Assembly: GCA_003971905.1 (NCBI GenBank)
Contig: RSEE01000050.1
Coordinates: forward strand, 124,001-188,000
DNA: 64,000 nucleotides
Reading direction: 5' to 3'
From: Moniliella sp. 'wahieum'
Taxonomy: Eukaryota
This document shows positions 38,866 to 52,541 of the stretch, one piece after another. Both the position numbers and the translations under genes were made by a program. Position 1 is the stretch's first letter. The number at the start of each line of letters is the position of its first letter. Below the pieces are notes generated by a model. It did not search any database, was not told the DNA's origin, and saw only the letters and a list, made by a program, of their open reading frames with translations.

Positions 38866-41277
38866 TCAGCCCACCGTCTCATCCCCCTCCTCTTCTGGGC
38901 GTGAGGAAGGTACAGTAGAGCCTTTGGTCCCCGTCTCATCGGATGAGGAACATGAGGAGGACAGCCCCACTGGGGGAGGAGCCGACTGCCAGTCAAACGA
39001 ATCAGGTAACCTTGTCTCCATCAAAGTCGGGCCGTCGTGAAGTGAGTTGGCAAACGTGGGCCCGCGGGGAACACTCATGCTCTCCCTCCAGGGGGAAGCA
39101 TCAGCAATGAAACTGCCCGCCTGCACTTGATCTTGTGGATAGGGCCGAGAATTAGATAATGCACTGTGGACAGGGAGAGAAACAGCGTGGCTGGACTGAT
39201 TCGCTTGCATCGTCCCTCTTCTTCCTCGGGCCGGCTTACCCGTCAATCCACCACTGTGCGAAAGAGGTTGGAGCATCGCTTGCGAAGGACCGGGGGAAAC
39301 GTGCTGCCCTGTCCCCAAACCAAGAGCCATGGCCTCAAATGCAAAAGACCCACCAACGCCACTAGCCCCGCGGTGTCGCTGGGGTGGAGAGACTGGGAGA
39401 CCAAGAGAAACCCCACCACTCAAACCAAATTTTGGATTCCTTGGCCACTTCCTTTGTCTTGGGAGGTCCGGAGCGAGGGAGAGAGCATCCTCCCTCTCTT
39501 GGCATAGGTCCTCAATCAACGACTCGGCCAGCTGGGTGCGATTGGAGAGAATCTTCGTTGCACGGAAGAACTCACCACGAATCGTGTAGAGCCCATCCTT
39601 GGTGACAGGGCGAGAGACGTTGGCATCCTTCGCAAAGGGGTCTTGGATACACAGCTCGCCAGCAAAGGTGATACCGTCCTTGGGAAACGGTCCGTGGGGC
39701 GTCCTAATGCTGAGCACGTCGTGAGCATAGGAAAATTCCTTGCTAAAGAAGGCGAAGAAACCCATCAGCAGACTGGCCACATTCTCCTTGTTCTTCGACC
39801 GCCACTCGGACCGCACCCGCGCAATGTCGTCGTAGAAATACACATCATTCCCCTGGAGGAAGTGGCTTGTCGGGCGGGCGGATAGATCCATGCGCTGCAG
39901 ATTGGGAAGTACAGGAGGATGCTTGACATGCATCAGGTAATAGAGCGCCATGAGTGTGTACCCGTACGACGAAAGTGTGCCCGTATAAGGGGAGTTGAGT
40001 TTTCGCCGCTTGGCCCATACCTTGAGGAAGAGTACCAGCGTCCTCACCCTTGGAGGGTCAACCATTGCGTAACACAGCAGCAGTCGCGTGTTCTCCAATG
40101 CCAGCCGGTTCTCGAACCCAATATCGCACGAAAGCTCATACGGCTGTGTGGCCGAGGCAGCTATGTGGAAGTTAGTTTATGAAACAGGGAGGGTAGAGCG
40201 GTGCGTACGTTTGTGGATCTTGATGATAGGGATCCGGGCCTGCGGAAGAGGCATGACTTGAAAATCGGTCTTGTCGCGGATGAGCTCGGCAAACTGTTCG
40301 ACCAATTCACTAGCACGTGCGGCGGAAAGGGGGGAGACATCAGTCCCTGGAGGGGCTGGAGGCGGAGCATCTCCGGGTTCATGAGCGTCAGGGTGAGCAA
40401 CTGCATCCGAGATGAGACAGCACAGGTCCATGTCCGAGTTGCGCAGGGCAAAGCCGTTAGCCATCGAGCCAAAAGCGAGAAGCGAGGCATGCGGATCAAT
40501 CTCTTGAGCCAGACGTTGCAATTGCCGTCGCAGAGCTTCCTTGATCCGATACTCCTCCTCGGTAGGCAGAAGGGGCGAGAGAAAGGAGACCATTGCATGG
40601 GTCAGATCGGCTTGGTGCTGTTCGAGCGCAGCATGCGAGCGCCCATTGGACGAGTGATTATACCCTGTCGTGCGTGGTATAGGGATTGAAGCCCCGCTCC
40701 TGCCGGCGGCTGAACGCCGAGTCAGGGGCACACTGGGTCCGCTGGGCACAGCGACGCCAACCACGGGCCGGGCCGGGTGCGGGAGGGTGAAGTGGGCAGG
40801 TGGCTGTGAGCTGTGGACGCGGGAGGTGCGGTGGCTACACTCTCCCCCGAATCAGAAGCATCAGAGCGTGCGGATGCCGGCGGGGGGGGGCTGCAGGCGT
40901 GGTATCGGACAGGGCGGGCGACGCGGTGGCTGGGAGGGTGCTGAGTCGCTGGGTGGCTGTTGGCGGCGGCGAAGACGCCATGGTGGCTGCTCTCAATCTC
41001 AGCACAGATCCTGGGGCTCAGGACCGGGTGGCGTGCGCAATAGAGGGAGGCTCGTTGGACTCGCAGCTCCACACGCCACCAGCGACGCTCGAGGCGGCGG
41101 GAGGGGGGCGAGAGAGGGTGGAGCTGGGCTTGAAGCCGGCGGCCCAGGCGGAGGAGGGGGTGGCGGTGTGGTGCCAGAGCGGATGGTCCGGCCACGCAGA
41201 CTGGGCTGGTACTGGGCTGGTACGTGCAGCCCCGAAGCCACCCCTGCGCTGGCTGCCCATCCCTGTTGAAATTGCAA
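38866..41277 (-). CDS. Cid1-family non-canonical poly(A) polymerase / terminal uridylyltransferase (intron 40161-40208)
   Basis: AFGSMANGFALRNSDMDLC nucleotidyltransferase motif, ARIPIIK, ENTRLLLCYA, KVWAKRRKLNSPYTGTLSSYGY, PPVLPNLQ, PAP-associated CIQDPF. Confidence 0.92.
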
Positions 41278-43628
41278 AAGACCATACCGGTTACGTACGC
41301 ACCCGCTCCGCCGCCTTTATCTGTTTTCGCTTCTGCCGCTTCCCGCCTACCAGAGAGAGAAGATTGTGCGGTTCGCCATGCCGAGAACGGTTGCTTCATC
41401 TACTCCGTACCACTGTTTGTATCGCTGGAACGGGAGAGAGCAGCCTCTTGAACTTGTCAGAACAGCACACCCATTACTTGCGTGTGTCCGCCGACGAACT
41501 AAAGCTGCGCGTTACTCGACTCTCTCCCTTAAAATAAAGTGTGGTTTTGGCCATTTGATGGCCGCCTCACACACGGAAAATGAAGCACGATCATGGATAC
41601 AACCGAGTATGTAATGGTAGTGGCATCTATTCTCTCGCTGAGGTGATAGATTCAATCATAAATTCCAGGCGGCCATGCTTCCTTTTTCTCCTTGTAGTAT
41701 CCCGTGATGTCCCTTTAATCCGTCGAACCGACGCGATTCTATTAGCAGTGGGGGGCAGTATAAAGAAAGGCGTCCCTACGGATAATATATGAAGTGAGGA
41801 CGGCATCAGTGTTTTGTGCCGACGGGCGCCCAAAGCTCAATGAGCTTACTTCAAACCATACAAACCCATATCAGGTCGAGAAATTTCGTTTTTGTGTTTG
41901 GAACGCACAGGAGAGAAGAGAGGAAACGGTTTGGGAGAGTGTATATATATGTGCCATTAAACAAGCGTATGTAAAAAGGGGATTGCTTTGTATTCCCATG
42001 GTATTCATTCAGGCTGCATGGATTGGTGCCCTATATACCAGAGGAAATGGAGAAGGAATCACACGGTAAACGAAGAGACACAAAGGGGTCTCAAGGAATC
42101 TAGAACAGAGGGTCATTCGCTCAGTCGGTGGATATGTGTGTATGACATATGTTGACCGTTGACCCGTCAGCGTATGCACCTTTTCTCCTCAAAAAGAAAG
42201 ATCAAGTCGCAAAGAAGAGGGATGAGCTTCCCTTTCGTGTAAAATCTCTCGTCATCATCTTCCGCCAATGATCGATGTACCACACCATTCGTCTTTTCCA
42301 GAAAAATCGAGTGTCCATTTCCTACAACACACACACATGCGTTTATTGATCGAAAGCGTGGACGCCCTCTGATGTATGGCTGTCACATGTGGTGCCTTTT
42401 CCACCTGAATGGATGGCAGGCTCGCAACCTCTTGTCCTCGACGTTCAACTTATGTACCCGAGGTTTCTCCAAAGCATTGAAAGGATGCGTAAAGGGGTAA
42501 GGTAAAGAAGGAGAGTATACTTGGTGATTATAATCATGGAGAATCATCCCTTTCTCTTCGCCTTTTGTCAAGCATATCAATCGATCGAATGTTGCAATCG
42601 CTGAAAAAGCAGGTATAGTATAGGTTTAAGTTTTAGCCTCTCATAAGCTTTTTTTGAAGCTCTTCCTCTGTTCTGTTTTGTCTGTTTTCTGTGTTTTGTT
42701 TTCCGTGCAAGGGTTCCGCAACACGTTGGAACCTTGAACACATATTGAAAACATCAACACATCAATATCGAAATTCCCCTATTACGCGTTGTGTCGGCGA
42801 CTCTCTCCCCAAGGAATCACTTGTTGGGGCGCGGCGTTCCCCCGGGGACATGAGAGGAAGGGGGTTCCTAATTATATACAACACTCTCCCCACAGGATCT
42901 CGGCATGTACGCGCTTTGTTATTACGATGGCGAGATATTGGGGCGAGTGAACAGGAGGTTCGGTGGACTCCAACTGCTGCTGCGCGTACCCTAGCACTTG
43001 CTGGCCCCAGTGCGTCGGTTCCACAAGAAAGGACGAGCTACGCCAAACCATACCCCAGCCGATCCTATGCCCGACTTGGATTCGACGGGTCAAGCTTCAA
43101 GAAAGCGAGCGCGGTAATCTATGAAACAGAGCGGCGACTTGTGACGTCATTGGAGGAGACACTGTCCCTGTGCCTCTTGCTGTCGGCGACTGGGCGTTGG
43201 TATCGGGGATGCTGACGCATGGTGCCTGAGATCTGGTGGGTGATGCGTACGCCGTGCCGGCGATGAACTCGGTGGATCTATACCCTCCTACGCGAGGCGG
43301 TGGCCGACGCCAGAGGATGCAGCACCACACCACTGTGCCGCTGACCAATGCTCACCATTGGCCCATGCGGACGTCGATCTGGGGGGGACGATGGCCCGCG
43401 CAGATCTTAGATCTTCGTAGTCGCCGTGGCCCCGCCGCCACTGAAGAAGGCGTTTGATGCGACGGGGACCACAGACTGCCACAGCAGGCAAAGCGGCCCC
43501 TGCGGCCCCCCGCGCTGGCCGCCCTCACGCTCGCGTATTTATTCATCGCCTCTCCTTGGTTCCCCTCCCCTCCATCACACCCCAACCTTCCCTCCTCCCC
43601 ACACCAGCTGCCCCAGCAATCACTAGCC

Positions 43629-45195
43629 ATGCCGTCCCAGGAAGTCTTCAACGCAGGCCCCGAAAAGGTGCAATACACCACCTCTAATGGGCGTCCGTAC
43701 CCTGTGCCTTACGAGGCACAGGGTGTCGCTGCTACCGATGGTCTGGGCCACGTTTTGGCTCTGCAGGACTTCCACCACATCGATCTCCTTGCGCACTTTG
43801 ACCGGGAGCGTATTCCCGAGCGAGTTGTGCATGCCAAGGGTGCGGGCGCCCATGGGTTTTTCGAAGCGACCCATGGCATTTCCGACCTTTCGCTCGCTTC
43901 TGTCTTCAAGAGGGTACCAAGTCGCCAGTGACCATGCGGTTCTCGACCGTCGGCGGTGAGTCGGGCTCACCTGACACAGCCCGTGATCCGCGCGGATTTG
44001 CCGTCAAAATTCGCACGCAGGAAGGCAACTTGGATTGGGTCTTTAACAACACCCCGTCTTCTTTATCCGCGACCCCGCCAAGTTCCCGCACTTTATTCAC
44101 ACGCAGAAGCGGGACCCGCAGACCCACCTTAAGGATGCCGACATGACCTGGGACTACCTCAGCCAGAACCCAGAGGCGTTCCACCAGCTGATGATTCTTT
44201 ACTCGGACCGCGGCACGCCCGACGGATTTACGGACCAACACGGCTACTCGGGCCACACGTACAAGTTGGTGAATGATAAAAACGAGTTTGTCTATGTCCA
44301 GATCCACATTCGTGCGCCCGAATTCAAGACCCTTGACGGGCCCACTGCCGCACGTCTGGCCGGGGAGAACCCCGATTATGGTATTGAGAAGCTGTTCAAG
44401 CAGATCGAGGCGGGTGATTACCCTACCTGGAATGTCTTTGTCCAAGTCATGACTCAAGAGCAGGCGGAGAAGTTCCGTTACTCTGTCTTTGACTTGACCA
44501 AGGTCTGGCCGCACAAGGGTATGTGCCTACACCCTTCCTGCACTTGACAATTGCGCCTTGTATGTGGAAACTGACAAGTCTGCCCCCCCAGAGTTCCCGC
44601 TCCGCCCGATTGGCAAGATCGTGTTGAACAAGAACCCAGAAAACTACTTTGCTGAGATTGAGCAGGCCGCCTTCTCGCCCTCACACAGTTCCTGGATTCG
44701 AGCCGTCGATGGACCCTGTTCTACAGAGCCGTCTCTTCTCGTACCCCGACACACAACCGTCACCGCCTTGGCGTCAACTACCAACAGATCCCTGTCAATG
44801 CACCGCTGGTGCCCGTCGCCAACTTCCAGCGAGATGGGTTTATGACAGTCAATGGCAACCAAGGTGCGCGTCCCAACTACCAATCGACCATTCGTCCGCT
44901 GCAGTACACGACGCGCTCGACTGTGTCGGCTGCGCACGAGGTGAAGCTGTTGGGGGGCGTGCAAAACTTCCTCTCGCAAGTGAGCGACTTGGACTTTGAG
45001 CAGCCACGTGAGCTGTGGACGCGTGTGTTCGACGACACGGCCAAGCACTTTATCGACAATGTCTCTGGCCACATTGGCCAGTGCAAGTCAGCTGAGATCA
45101 AGCAGCGGACGCTTGACGTCTTTGGACGCGTCCACCCGGACATTCCAGTGCGCATTGCGAAGGCGATTGAGTTCGACTACAAGCCGTCCAATTAA
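43629..45195 (+). CDS. Small-subunit monofunctional heme catalase (intron ~44519-44591; frameshifts)
   Basis: [20 protein letters not shown] distal-His signature, [38 protein letters not shown] proximal-Tyr signature. Confidence 0.97.
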
Positions 45196-45527
45196 GTACG
45201 GGCTTGGTAGTAGGAAATGAACAGCGTATGGACACTGCATCATCTGGCGTGACGGGCATGACATAGGTGTATAGTAGGTGGTGGTGTAGGTGAGCATAAG
45301 GTGTTACAACAAGAGGTGGTTAAAAGTTCAACAGGTTTAAGGCTTAAGGCGCTAAGGCCTTAAGGCCTTACCTTTAAGGGCGGAATTTACTGCGTGGAAT
45401 CGGCCACGCGTCTGCAATTTAAATGAGCAGTGGATGGATTCTGGTGGGTACTGGGTATAGAGAGCGCGTCTAGGTTAGCCTGGCCCTCTTTGCTGCACCC
45501 ACCCCCTTGCTGCGCCCACCCACCACC

Positions 45528-47330
45528 ATGCGAGCATCGCAGCTGGTTGCAGGGGTCAAACGGCTCTTCCCCACCCTGCGTGCACTGTGTCCGGACGTCA
45601 TCGAGCCCCTTCCTCGCGGCTTGGCTGCCATCGCGGGACGCCGCGTAGCCATTGATGGCACACTTACAATCCTGCGCCTCGCCTACGCGCGCTAACCACT
45701 GCCCACGCCCGCCAAACCGAACGGGAGGAGGAATTAACCCTGGGCATTTTGCGGGAAAAGGCACTCTCCTCCTCTCCCGCTTCTTCACTTGACCCCTCTG
45801 ATCCACTCTGGGCTGTCAGGCCGCACGAGCCACGCACTGTTCTTGACTACTACCGCACTCTCTTTTCTCAACTGCTGCGCAGTCTCCTTTCTCATTCGAT
45901 TCGCACCACGCTTGTGCTTGACGATCCAAAACGCAAAATCGCCGCAAAGACCATCGAAGTAGAGCGACGAAGCCACCTCCGTGCTCTGCCATTTTCCGGG
46001 CCAAGGTGGAACAAGACCGCGCCTCCCGGTTACAGAAGCTCCACGAGCAACTTGCAAATGCCACAACACTTGACGATGTTCGGATTGCATTGCAGAAACA
46101 ACAACCATCAACTCCAGAAGTCAACGAGCCCGGAGAAATTGCTGAACCTGATCTCCAATGACAACAGGCCCCCTCCTTCCGTTCCTCCCCCACCCCGACC
46201 TCCGCAGGGGATGACCGAGACCCACACCCAAACAGCGATGACAGAGCGGAAAAAGGCATTTTAGAACACCTCTTTTCCGATACCCCAGCCCCGAACGCCC
46301 CTATCGCTCCCCCTTTCGATTCAACGCCCGGCTATCCCCCCAATGCTGCCCAATTGACGCCGACCATTGGACCTTCCTTTCGTCTGAATCACTTGAACAA
46401 TCTACCGCCCTCCAGGACGCGCCTAAGCTAGCCCGGGCTCGGGATGAGATCCGCTTTCTGCAACAGGAAAGTGATCTATTGCAGAAACAGTACATGCTTC
46501 GTCGCACCCCACCCATGAGCCAACTGGTCCAGGAGACGCTGCTCCTGTGTGAGCGATACAAGGTGCCTGTGCTTCGCATGTCGGAGGAAACGTCTTCTTT
46601 GGTGGAGGCCGAAGCACTCGCTAGTGCCCTCGTACACCGAGGCTGGTCCGACTTCGTACTGAGTGAGGATAGCGATGTGGTCGTCTATGGTGCGCCCCTT
46701 CTCCGGCTGAAAGGATCCCGCGCCGAGGTGGTGCATTCGTCCGAGGTACGAAAACGTCTCTTTCCCTCCTCGCCTGCCCCAGTGGAAGAGGTAGTGGACG
46801 AAGCCTGGCTCATGGCGGGCATGAGTGGCATGATCGATCTTCCTGAAGTGGAATCCCAGCCTCCTGAAGAGTCGGAAGCACAGCAAGCTGCTTCGCGCGA
46901 CAAGATGATCGATTTTGCCATTTTGTGCGGTTCGGATTTTTGTCCCACTTTGCCTGGCATAGGTCCCAAACGAGCTCTCGACGCTCTTCGCACCTATGGT
47001 TCCATCGAAGGGTTGGTAGCGGCCTATCGCCAAACTGGCAAGCCAAGGACCGGCATCCCAGCGGGGTCGGGGTCATGGGAAACCTACTTTGATCAGGTTC
47101 AAACTGCCCGGTCGATCTTTCTGCAATCGCCTGACCTGGGTCCATGGGAAGAGCTGTTGCGCAACGCTCAAGCGGAACCACTTCCTCTCGTCGAGAACCC
47201 GTTCCCCTCAATTAGTGAGCAGGAGGAACAATGGATGCAGTGGGCCGACACCAATGCCCAACTGGACGTCCAAGGTGATGCACATGGGCTGGCCGTCTGG
47301 CCTCCCCCGAAAAATAGATGTATACCAATT
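45528..47330 (+). CDS. XPG/FEN1-superfamily (PIN + H3TH) 5' nuclease; ends approximate
   Basis: N-domain GVKRLF...GRRVAIDGT, I-domain VEAEALASAL...VLSEDSDVVVYGAPLLR, H3TH IDFAILCGSDFCPTLPGIGPKRALDALRTYGSIE. Confidence 0.88.
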
Positions 47331-47564
47331 TTCTTGCACACTCCACTCCACTGCATGCATCTCATTGACCTCATCTGGCGGATATCAACCCATTACCTCG
47401 TCTCCTTCCAAATGGCTAGTATGCATGGCCCAGTGATGGTCCAATTGTATAGTCTGGTTCGAACGGAGAACAAAAGGTGGGCGGGTGTGCAACCCGGAAA
47501 AAGCAGGAAGATAGATTCCTCCAGCAGGTCTTGCAAGCATGGAGAATGAGCAGTTGAGGGGGGG

Positions 47565-47850
47565 TTACTGGGCCACATGGGGCTTGCCCATCTTCTCTTC
47601 CGGCGTGACCCCAAGGACTTCCTGTTTGGTTTCCTTCTTGGTTCCAAGGAAAACGCCGGTTCCGACCACCAAGAAGGAGATCCCCGCAATGAGAGCACGC
47701 TTGGTAGTATAGCCGTGTTCGGACGAAGGGGAAGAAGGAACAGGGCCGCCTGGAATGCCCTCCTCAGCCCAACGGATCGAAGAGGTGTGTAGGGTCCGTG
47801 AGCGCAGGGGTGTGATTGGGAGTAGGGCGTCGGAAGGCGAAGGAGGTCAT
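47565..47850 (-). CDS. Small (~94 aa) putative mitochondrial single-pass membrane protein; needs one 1-bp correction; absent from the ORF track
   Basis: Manual translation gives MTSFAFRR/LLPITPLRSRTLHTSSIRWAEEGIPGGPVPSSPSSEHGYTTKRALIAGISFLVVGTGVFLGTKKETKQEVLGVTPEEKMGKPHVAQ*. A TATATAAA box lies ~130 bp upstream on this strand. Confidence 0.6.
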
Positions 47851-48894
47851 GGCTTTCATAACGCGTTCGGTTAGACGCTTGGAAGTGCGAGGTAGATGTG
47901 GTTGGTGGGTGAGAGGCAGAAGGAACAAAGTATACAAAACGATTGTGGCATCTTGCCCAACAGTCGGTTCTCTCTCTCCTTTATATATCAGAGCACCTGA
48001 AGTTGTTGGTCGTTCACCTCATAACGACCCTCCCACCGTTACATCATAGTAGGTAGGATGGGATCGGCCCAATGGGAGGGCGGTGATTCTCGATCCATGC
48101 ACCATGGTCAACAACGCGGGCTGCGGTGAGGCCTGAGGACTCGGGCTGAGGCACGGCTGTGTGAGGCTTTTGAATTCAAGTGTGTTACCGTTAGCGTTGC
48201 CATAGGCCTAACGCGACTGCAAGGCATGTCTTGCGGCCGTGTGCGCGGTAGGGTGGATGGGAGATACGGCCCATGGCTACCCTGAGGCCAAACGGGCCCT
48301 CTGCCTCATCTTCCACATGAGTAATGCAGACGTCATGATGATGCAGTGATGACGCTGTATATACTGAGTGTACAGAAGGAAGCGAGCCGCGAGCACCCTT
48401 CAGACGGGAGTGTGGCGAGCAAGAGAGATGAGTTCATCGCTGGCCTCAGCACAGAGTGCATTGGGAACGCATCACCCCTCTTATCCGCCCGGACGCTCCT
48501 TCTGCTCCGCGGTACCCTCGGCTATGCAAGGCCCTACCTTTCTCTCACAGCCTCCTGTTCCTCTCCAGGCTCAGAACCACATCCTCCGTTCTTCTCCTTC
48601 CTCAGCACTGGGTGCTATGGGTCGATAAGACCCGGTGTAGCTGGGGGATCCTCAGCACCCTCCGTGTGGTTGATCGATCGACGCACCGTAAGCGGCCGTG
48701 ATGCACGTGATGACTGCTGGCTGCTGGCACTTGAAAGTTGCAACACGCGAGGCGGGGTGGTGCTAGGGTTGGGCGTCGGCCGCATCGGCGGGTGCTGGAT
48801 GCTCGCCGCCCGTACGTGCCGGCCGCGGCAGAAAGAGAAAGAAAGAAAAATTGCAGCCCAGCAGGCGGCCCGTCCTTCGCCATCCTCCACCACC

Positions 48895-50525
48895 ATGGGT
48901 ACGTGCGGCCCCCTCCTGCGCCTTCTCCCCGCTGACCCCCCCCCCCCCCCCCCCAGCACCCAAGAAGGGCAACAAGAAGGTCTCTCTCAACGACTTTCTC
49001 AACTCCAACGCCAGTCGGACTGGGCCGATGACGGCTTTGACCTCCCCACTGCTCCTGCTGCCAAGGAGCACTCGTTTGGCGGCAGCGGCCTCGACTTTGC
49101 CCCCGACCGCAAGGACCGCGATGTCGGTGGCTGGGGCTCCGGCGCAGCGGGTCGTGAGCCGCGCGAGCCCCGGCCGGATGTGCCGCTGCCAACCGAGCCT
49201 CCCTTCACTGCCTTTGTAGGCAGCATGAGCTTTGACTCGACCGATTCCGACTTGGAGGCCTTCTTTGAAGGGTTGCCCATCAAATCGATCCGCATTGTTA
49301 CTGAAGGCTTCTCGGAAAGAGCAAGGGCTTTGGATATGTCGAATTTGACCGCTGGACGCGTTGCAGGATGCACTGTCCCGGACGGGCGGCGTGGTGACCG
49401 GCCGCGCGGTGCGCATCTCGGTCGCTGAGCCCCCGCGTAACTCGGGTGGATTTCCTCGGCTGCTGACAGTGCTGACCAATGGCGCCGTTCCGGGCCGGCA
49501 GCGACGAGCACGCGCACCCCCTCGCGTGGGTTTGGGCTGGATTTGACGATGGGCCATCGGGCTTTGACTCGATGGATGTGTCGGGGGGGGTGCGGGCCGG
49601 ATTCGGGTCCAAGTTTAACCCGGACGCTGCTCCCCCGCGCTCGAACCGGTTTGGCGGGGGCGACTTTGATCCGCAAGCGGGGGATGATGCGTCGAACTGG
49701 CGCACCGGCAAGCCGATCGAGTCTCGTGCCCCGCCCACCCGACAATTCTCTCACGGCGCGTCTGCCGGGGAAGATGTGGTGCTGGACCGCTCGGCGTTTG
49801 GGCAGAAGGTCACCCCACCGCTGTGCCCGACGAGCGGGCGGAGCGGCCGGGTCGGATGGGCTTTGGCCGTCAACGGAAGGCGAGGTGACGCTGGACCGGT
49901 CTGCGTTTGGTTCCAAGATGCCCACCCAGGCGCCGAGGCGCTCGCCGTGGGTTCTTGGACCGTCGCACCAGCAGCCAGCACACCTCGCCTGGTGCTACGC
50001 CGGCCGAGGAGGCAGACCAATGGCGTCGCGCGAGCCCCGTCGCTCCCAGTGCCCCGCGTGAGCGGCAGCATCTCAAGCTGCAGCCTCGTAGCTCTGCTGC
50101 CCCCCGTGGGGAGCGAGGCGACGAGCAACAGCTCCAAGCCATCGCCTTTTGGTGCTGCCAAACCCGTGGACAATGCCGAGCGCGAGCGGGAGATTTCTGC
50201 CCGGCTGGAAGAGCGTCGTCGCCAGGAGCAGGAGCAGCACGGAGCGTCAGGCTTCCGAGGCCGCTGCTCCGGAAGTGGTGCCAGTGAACCGGCCCGAAAG
50301 AACCCCCCTACCAACCGTGGAAGTCCATGTCTAGCAAGAAGGCTTCCTCGCCGAGCAAGGAGGCTCCTGAGGCGAGCAAGACCTCCCGGCGAAGGAGGCT
50401 CCCCCTCAGCCCGCAAAGGCCCGTGCACCGGCTCCTACGGGCGCTTGGGGTGCCGGGCGGGCCCCTTCGGGCGACTGGCCACCAAGGAGGTGGAGCAGAA
50501 GCTTGAAGCTACCAAGTTGGCTTAA
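48895..50525 (+). CDS. TIF3: Translation initiation factor eIF4B (intron 48899-48956; frameshifts)
   Basis: Spliced start MAPKKGNKKVSLNDFL, DWADD, RRM LPTEPPFTAFVG...GRAVRISVAEP, DxxxNWR repeats, KPSPFGAAKPVD. Confidence 0.9.
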
Positions 50526-50939
50526 GGGCGGCGAGCCCTTTTGTCCCACGAGGTTCGGGCGATCTTATGAAGTGTTCCCCCCCCCTTTCAGCGCCCCTCC
50601 TCGAAAAAAAAGTCCCAGGTTAACTGGAGCGTAGGTGCCTGGCACCGCACCCTTCCCTACTCTTATCATCGTCCTCTACGACTACCCGCTCTGACTGTTC
50701 ATCCCGTGCGTTGTTCACCCCCTCTTCTGGCCTCCTATGCACACGGCTCCCGGGAACATTTGATTGGGAGCTTTGCGCTGTCCTACCCCACCTTCCTGAT
50801 CGATAATGGTTTTGCCCCTTTATGGTCTCTGTCGCTGCAGTGGCAGCTGTCTGTGCTTTGTCTCGCTCTGAAAGCCGTGTGCCATACAATGAGCATGCAT
50901 AGAACCAGTACACATGAACTGGAGTGCGGGAGGTAGGGT

Positions 50940-52541
50940 AAGAGAAGGGAGCCGCGCCTAGGCGGGAGGGAGGGATGCCGCTGCCCAGGCATCTTCAATC
51001 GCGAGTTCAGCAAACGTCAGGCCGCGTTCGGCCCATTGCTGCATCGGCAACTGGCTGAAGGAACGCGGAGGTAGGGCGAGGGTACGTTGGTCGGGGAAGA
51101 ACAGGAAGCTGGCACGGCCACCACACCGCGGTCGAGGGCGAAAGGGATGAGGCCCTGGCGTCGCCCTCTGCGACTCCTTGGTAGGCGGCAAGCTCAACTT
51201 GAGCCAGAGGAACATGCTGCCGCTGGGCTAACCAGGAGGCTAGTTGCTTCCCACGCTTGTCTCGCAGCACGGCGCTGGCCACCTGCTCAAACTCGTCCGC
51301 TGGTGCGGTAAAACAGAGCAGCGCGATCGCACGAGCGCAAGAAACCTTCCTCGCCCCAATACTGCAGCAGTGTACCGGTCATGGCCGCTGCAGGGCCATT
51401 GGGTTGCATGCTGGACGCTGTGCCGAGGTGGTGAGCGCATCAATGATCGGCTTGGGCCCCGTCGCGTACCCGACTCGCATCCCCGCCGAAACAATCTTGC
51501 TAAACGAGTCTAGTCGCACCACACGACCGTCGCCCCAGATCTCCACGTCTTCTTGTTCCAGGGCCAAATACGACGTGGGACGGGCCCGAGTAACCGGGTC
51601 CTCCACCCCCAAGCCCGAGCTAAAGTCAAGGTAGTAGTAGGGATCGTCCTCGATGATCAGCAAGCCGTATTTGCGAACGAGAGAGAGGATGCGACGCTTG
51701 CGCTCTGTCGTGGCAGAGGTACCAGAGGGATTGCCACCGACCGGGACTGTATAGATGGCCTTGGGAAACCGCTTGTGCATCGTTTCGGGCGCGCTGTGCC
51801 AGTGGCTCAAGGTTGTCTCTAACCCGGCGTTGCTGAGTCCCCCTTGGTCTGTGGGAACAGGGTGCGGGTTGGCCCCCAGGGTCACAATGCAAGGAAGCAC
51901 ACCACTAGAATACACGAGAACGTTAGCAAACTTCGAAAGCAGGTGGAACGCAACGAACGCAGGACGCAGGGTATGTGGGCGCCTCGACCAAGATGGTATC
52001 CCCTTTGTTCAGCAAGGTAGCGAACACTTTGTCAATGACATGTTGGGCGCCAGCACAAACGCGACCGCCCACGGTGTGTGGGGGGTGTACTGGCCCGGGG
52101 CGGAGAGACGTAGATGGGTCGGTTGTGAGCGAGGGAGGTGTGGGTGACCACCCACTCGTGAAGGATGGAAAGTCCGTTGGACGAGCCATATTGCAACGCC
52201 TCGTGAAGAACTTGGTCCTGGATAGCGAGTTGGGTGAGCGTCGATCCATTCTCTCGATCGGGGACGGAGATGGTGAGGCCCTTGAAGGCGAACGTTTCCA
52301 ACGCGGGCTTGCCGCCGGCAAAGGAAAGCTTCCCCTTGAGTTGCTCTGGCTTGTAAAACCCCCGGATTGAGCCGAGGGGCCAGTTCTGGGCCAAGTCCGA
52401 AATGTACTTGGCATAGCTGAGGTGCTGCACTGGTTCGTGCGGCAGCCCTGGCCCGGCCTTGTCAGGACCCACGCACGGCTTCTCGTCCTCTCCAACGAAC
52501 GGGAGATGGGGCTTCTCCCCCAATTGGCCGTCCGGGGCCAT
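50940..52541 (-). CDS. PLP-dependent class I/II aminotransferase, Aro8/2-aminoadipate transaminase-like (3' end approximate; intron ~51906-51970)
   Basis: LSFAGGKP, EALQYGSSNG, ILVEAPTYP, IYTVPVGGNPSG, IIEDDPYYYL, RLDSFSKIVSAGMRVG containing the PLP lysine, MFLWLKL. Confidence 0.92.

Noticed and set aside
41600..43600. ORFs such as 42691-43215 in the AT-richer interval between the Cid1-like gene and catalase
   Set aside because: No motifs; consistent with a divergent promoter region.
9844..45195. G6PD, HSP90 and catalase as an oxidative-stress cluster, or cryptic peroxisomal isoforms
   Set aside because: The genes are far apart and interspersed with unrelated genes. No PTS1 tripeptide or TGA-CTA readthrough context is seen at their ends.
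48346..50428. Long overlapping and antisense ORFs around eIF4B and other GC-rich genes
   Set aside because: Shadow ORFs caused by high GC and codon bias; the sense-strand gene explains the region.
51906..51972. Aminotransferase intron apparently lacking a GT donor
   Set aside because: The branch point and acceptor are normal, and CCCTGCGT is one base from CC-GTGCGT. A sequencing error is more likely than non-canonical splicing.
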